Source of the DNA: a virus
Strand: one strand, 5' to 3'
IMG/VR virus record: IMGVR_UViG_3300043411_001639
Span: 92,733-156,732 of that record
Length of the DNA: 64,000 nucleotides
Positions within the stretch are counted from its first letter, which is position 1; the number at the start of each line of letters is the position of its first letter. The notes below the pieces were generated by a model. The model was not told the origin of the DNA and searched no databases. It saw only the letters and a list, made by a program, of their open reading frames with translations. Of this stretch, positions 61,042-64,000 are shown in pieces. Both the position numbers and the translations under genes were made by a program.

Positions 61042-61602
61042 ATGAAAATAACAATCAAAGAACTAAAGGCCATTATCAAAGAAACTGTTGACAAAAAGAA
61101 AAAACAAGAACAAGTTAAGCGTAAACAACTGTTAGATAATAAAAAACTAACAGAAGAGTTGTTTGGTATAACCGAATCAGATACTAATGTTAATATTGAT
61201 ACTGATGAAACAGTTACAGAAGGTAGTTTTAAAAATCTAGCTCTTGGGGCAGCGTTAGCAACAGGACTTGCTGGAGGAGCAATTGCTAATCAAACTGTAA
61301 GATCAAATCATAATTCCGCAGCTTATGGAGCCATTCATAGAATAGTTGATTCAACTAACTCAAGAACTTCTGGCGGTGATATGGCTTGGTTTATTGGGGC
61401 AGATAGTTTTGCAAAAACAGAAGAGATAGAAAGACTTCTTGTCCAAAAACTTAAAACAGAAGGTGGTAGATTCCTTCAACTAGCAAACCAAAGTGATTCA
61501 AGAAATATAGGTCTTGCCTTACGAACTCTTGCAGATGAAAGTCTTACTCTAACAGATCAAGAAAAAGAGTTAGTTAGAAGTTTTGCATCAAGACTAAGAT
61601 AA
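61042..61602 (+). CDS. Candidate internal head protein with a hydrophobic Gly/Ala segment
   Basis: MKITIKELKAIIKE leader; VTE/GSFKNLALGAALATGLAGGA. Confidence 0.6.
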   Translation: MKITIKELKAIIKETVDKKKKQEQVKRKQLLDNKKLTEELFGITESDTNVNIDTDETVTEGSFKNLALGAALATGLAGGAIANQTVRSNHNSAAYGAIHRIVDSTNSRTSGGDMAWFIGADSFAKTEEIERLLVQKLKTEGGRFLQLANQSDSRNIGLALRTLADESLTLTDQEKELVRSFASRLR

Positions 61603-61642
61603 TCAGTAACAATGATATTTACCAAAAGGATAATAAACAACA

Positions 61643-62134
61643 ATGGTTAGAACAATTCCAGTATCAGAAATGAATCCTGTTAAATTTACTCCAAAGATGA
61701 AAAGACACTTCATTTTTGCTATTGAAGGGATTGATATGTTTTTAGTTAAAACAGCTCAAAGACCTACTTTTGCAACAGAAGAAGTTGAAATTCCTTGGAT
61801 TAACCAAACAAGATTCATAGCGGGGAAAACAAAACCCAACGCTATAACAGTAACACTCCACTCAGCAATAGCTCCAAGTGCAGAACAACAAGTCATGGAA
61901 TGGCACAGACTTTGCCATGAATCTGTATCAGGTAGAGATGGTTATCCAGACTTCTACAAAAGAGACATCCAGATTAAGATTCTTGATCCAGTAGGCTCAA
62001 TAGTAGAACTCTGGGATATTAAAGGTGCATTCATCACAGAAGCTAACTTTGGTGACCTTTCACATGAAGCTGGTGCAGAAATGCTTGAAATATCATTAAC
62101 GATCAGATTTGATGTTGCAGTTATGCAATTTTAG
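61643..62134 (+). CDS. Tail tube protein (T4 gp19-like)
   Basis: PK...F...I.GI...LVK...RP, AGK, VMEW, YKRDI...LDP.G..VE.W.IKGAF......GDL. Confidence 0.92.
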   Translation: MVRTIPVSEMNPVKFTPKMKRHFIFAIEGIDMFLVKTAQRPTFATEEVEIPWINQTRFIAGKTKPNAITVTLHSAIAPSAEQQVMEWHRLCHESVSGRDGYPDFYKRDIQIKILDPVGSIVELWDIKGAFITEANFGDLSHEAGAEMLEISLTIRFDVAVMQF

Positions 62135-62191
62135 TCAGCTATATGGTATCGGGGTTATACATCAGTTGGAAACTACTATATCATTATAGGT

Positions 62192-63046
62192 ATGACAACT
62201 GAGTATACCTGCCCCCATTGTAAACAATATCAAACAACTTCTCTTGATTCTTTAGGACGACATGTCGGTCGTTCTCATAAAAATCAATTTACCAGACAAC
62301 AACTTTATGAAGTTCTATTTCTTAATGGAACTACTCCTACTTGTAAATGTGGTTGCGGTGAACCTGTTAAATTCCTGACTATTGAACTTGGATTTAGAGA
62401 ATATAAAGTAGGACATATTTCCCGAATTAACAACAACTATCAAACAGAAAAATCTGTTACTAATTCAAAAAACACAATTAAAAAATTAAACCAAGAAGGA
62501 AAATGGAACCAACTCCAAAAGGATTGGTCAAAAGGTTTAACAAAAGAGACAGATCAACGTGTTAAGAACATGGCTGATAGTATAAATTCAAATTCAGAAG
62601 AAATCAGAAAAAGATCAGAAAGGTTCTCAAAGTTAAGACTGGATGGTACTGTTCAGACACTATATGGTCCAGAACATTCACAATGGAAAGGAGGAGTAAG
62701 CACTTTGAGTAATCTCTGTAGAAGTTATACCAGATTCTATAAAGAATGGAAATATCCCAGGTTAGTTGAAGCTGGATTTAAATGTTCTGAATGTCCTAAC
62801 ACTAAACCATTAGAGGTTCACCATGATAAAGAAACCTTTTCGGAGATTTTGAGATCTATTGCTAAAAAACTTAATTGGGAGGAAAGTTTCACAACTAGCA
62901 CTGTTTCAACAGAAGAAATTGAAAAACTAAAACAACAAATAAAAGATGCTGTTGTTGATTATCATGTTAACAATAACATTTCTGGCAAGGTTCTTTGTTA
63001 TGAATGCCATTTAAAACAACACGACCGTTATAATTTCTCTAAATAA
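62192..63046 (+). CDS. Free-standing HNH homing endonuclease with C2H2 and CxCGC Zn modules
   Basis: CPHC...HVGRSH, CKCGCG, WKGG, CSEC...LEVHH...LCYECH...H. Confidence 0.85.
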   Translation: MTTEYTCPHCKQYQTTSLDSLGRHVGRSHKNQFTRQQLYEVLFLNGTTPTCKCGCGEPVKFLTIELGFREYKVGHISRINNNYQTEKSVTNSKNTIKKLNQEGKWNQLQKDWSKGLTKETDQRVKNMADSINSNSEEIRKRSERFSKLRLDGTVQTLYGPEHSQWKGGVSTLSNLCRSYTRFYKEWKYPRLVEAGFKCSECPNTKPLEVHHDKETFSEILRSIAKKLNWEESFTTSTVSTEEIEKLKQQIKDAVVDYHVNNNISGKVLCYECHLKQHDRYNFSK

Positions 63047-63062
63047 ACTTCTACTTACTTCT

Positions 63063-63512
63063 ATGAATGATGAGATCCTATTGTTAACAGAACTATTGTT
63101 TGTTGAAACATCAAACAAGGAAGTTCAGGCTAAGGCATTCAAGGATGATCTTCACAGAAACAATCCAAAACTATACAAAGATCTGGAAACTCAGGCTATG
63201 ATGGCTATCAACGCTGTTAAGAGAGGTGAGAAACCCAAATACAACGTTGATAACTTAAAAACATTGTTTAGTTGGAATCCAGCATTTGATCCAATAGTAT
63301 CTGGTGATACTTATGGGGTTAGAGCGTTTATTACGTCTTTGATGGGGGATAACAAGTCTGCTGGGAAGGTTAAGAGATTCTATGACAGGACAATTGACCA
63401 GTATTTCAAACAGATATATGGTAAATCCATTGAAACCAAGAAGAAGAAAAAAAAGAAATCACTGATTCAACAAGACAAACATTATAAACCACCAAGTTCA
63501 ATTGAACACTGA
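63063..63512 (+). CDS. Hypothetical protein, candidate internal head protein
   Basis: CTACTTA motif 5 nt upstream; LLTELLFVE leader. Confidence 0.6.
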   Translation: MNDEILLLTELLFVETSNKEVQAKAFKDDLHRNNPKLYKDLETQAMMAINAVKRGEKPKYNVDNLKTLFSWNPAFDPIVSGDTYGVRAFITSLMGDNKSAGKVKRFYDRTIDQYFKQIYGKSIETKKKKKKKSLIQQDKHYKPPSSIEH

Positions 63513-63515
63513 TGG

Positions 63516-63947
63516 TTAGGTTTTAAGTCTATCTGGAATATCTTTATCTAGAAGGGGTTCAAAACTTACTAAGCCATGTTCGTTGATTTTAAGGTCAAAT
63601 CTTAAACCATCATCTCCAATCCCCCAAAGAACATTTGGTTGTTCCCCAATTAATTTTCTGTTTCTATCAGGGTTAATAGATTTATACAGATTCTCTTTTG
63701 CTAGAGTAGTTGTCTCTTTGAGATGATTAGTTAGTACAAGTCTTACTAGAGGGTTGTAGTTTTTATATTCAACTAGTTTCTTTTCAAGAGCTTCTAGTTG
63801 TTTCTGAGAAAAGGTCAAAACAATCTGTGCAAGTATGGTTAAGTCTTGTCTGGTATTATATTCTAATTTTAGTTTATGAATTAGATAGGTTTTTTTCTTT
63901 AGTTGTTCAAGTTTGTTAAATAGTCGTTGAGTTTCAATGTAATACAT
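63516..63947 (-). CDS. Hypothetical protein
   Basis: 143 aa; upstream AGGAG RBS and TATAAT (63967-63972, minus strand). Confidence 0.6.
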   Translation of the reverse strand: MYYIETQRLFNKLEQLKKKTYLIHKLKLEYNTRQDLTILAQIVLTFSQKQLEALEKKLVEYKNYNPLVRLVLTNHLKETTTLAKENLYKSINPDRNRKLIGEQPNVLWGIGDDGLRFDLKINEHGLVSFEPLLDKDIPDRLKT

Positions 63948-64000
63948 TGTGGTGTCTCCTGGTAAGATTATAGGCTATTCTAGCTTCCATGTCTGAGTAA

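Noticed and set aside
63438-63458. A-rich run as a second frameshift site
   Set aside because: The ORF reads through as poly-Lys and ends next to the convergent gene; no evidence for an alternative frame
1-64000. Alternative genetic code (stop-codon reassignment)
   Set aside because: Long intact ORFs tile the window in the standard code, and TAA, TGA and TAG all end genes at sensible boundaries
1-64000. tRNA, rRNA, CRISPR array or group I intron
   Set aside because: Intergenic gaps are mostly under ~110 nt; no cloverleaf, repeat-spacer pattern or intron-interrupted gene was seen by eye

Overview
Gene-dense, AT-rich segment of a large (probably jumbo) lytic myophage distantly related to T4-like phages, read in the standard genetic code. 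Order: baseplate wedge gp25 (partial), head-completion nuclease gp4 (split by a T11 run and preceded by a decayed EndoVII homing-endonuclease scar), RuvC, gp6-like wedge, and about 20 kb of Ser/Gly-rich baseplate/fibre genes with LamG and Fn3 domains. Next come primase, a fused SbcD-SbcC (gp47-gp46), and a large terminase with a mini-intein. An accessory island follows (Dps-like, ATP-grasp, GroEL, GapR/DsbA-like, nucleotidyltransferase). Then portal, prohead protease, scaffold, major capsid protein, GIY-YIG/Hef chimera, neck proteins, tail terminator, two tandem tail sheaths, tail tube and HNH endonuclease. The most interesting pattern is a dispersed set of small genes between conserved structural genes. 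Most have their own late-promoter-like motif and an N-terminal hydrophobic-x-Glu leader resembling a prohead-protease-cleaved capsid-targeting signal. Their bodies look like an ADP-ribosyltransferase, a BECR-type RNase toxin, a zincin variant and a Dps, suggesting a modular capsid-packaged effector system. All calls are from motif recognition by eye; no database searches were run.
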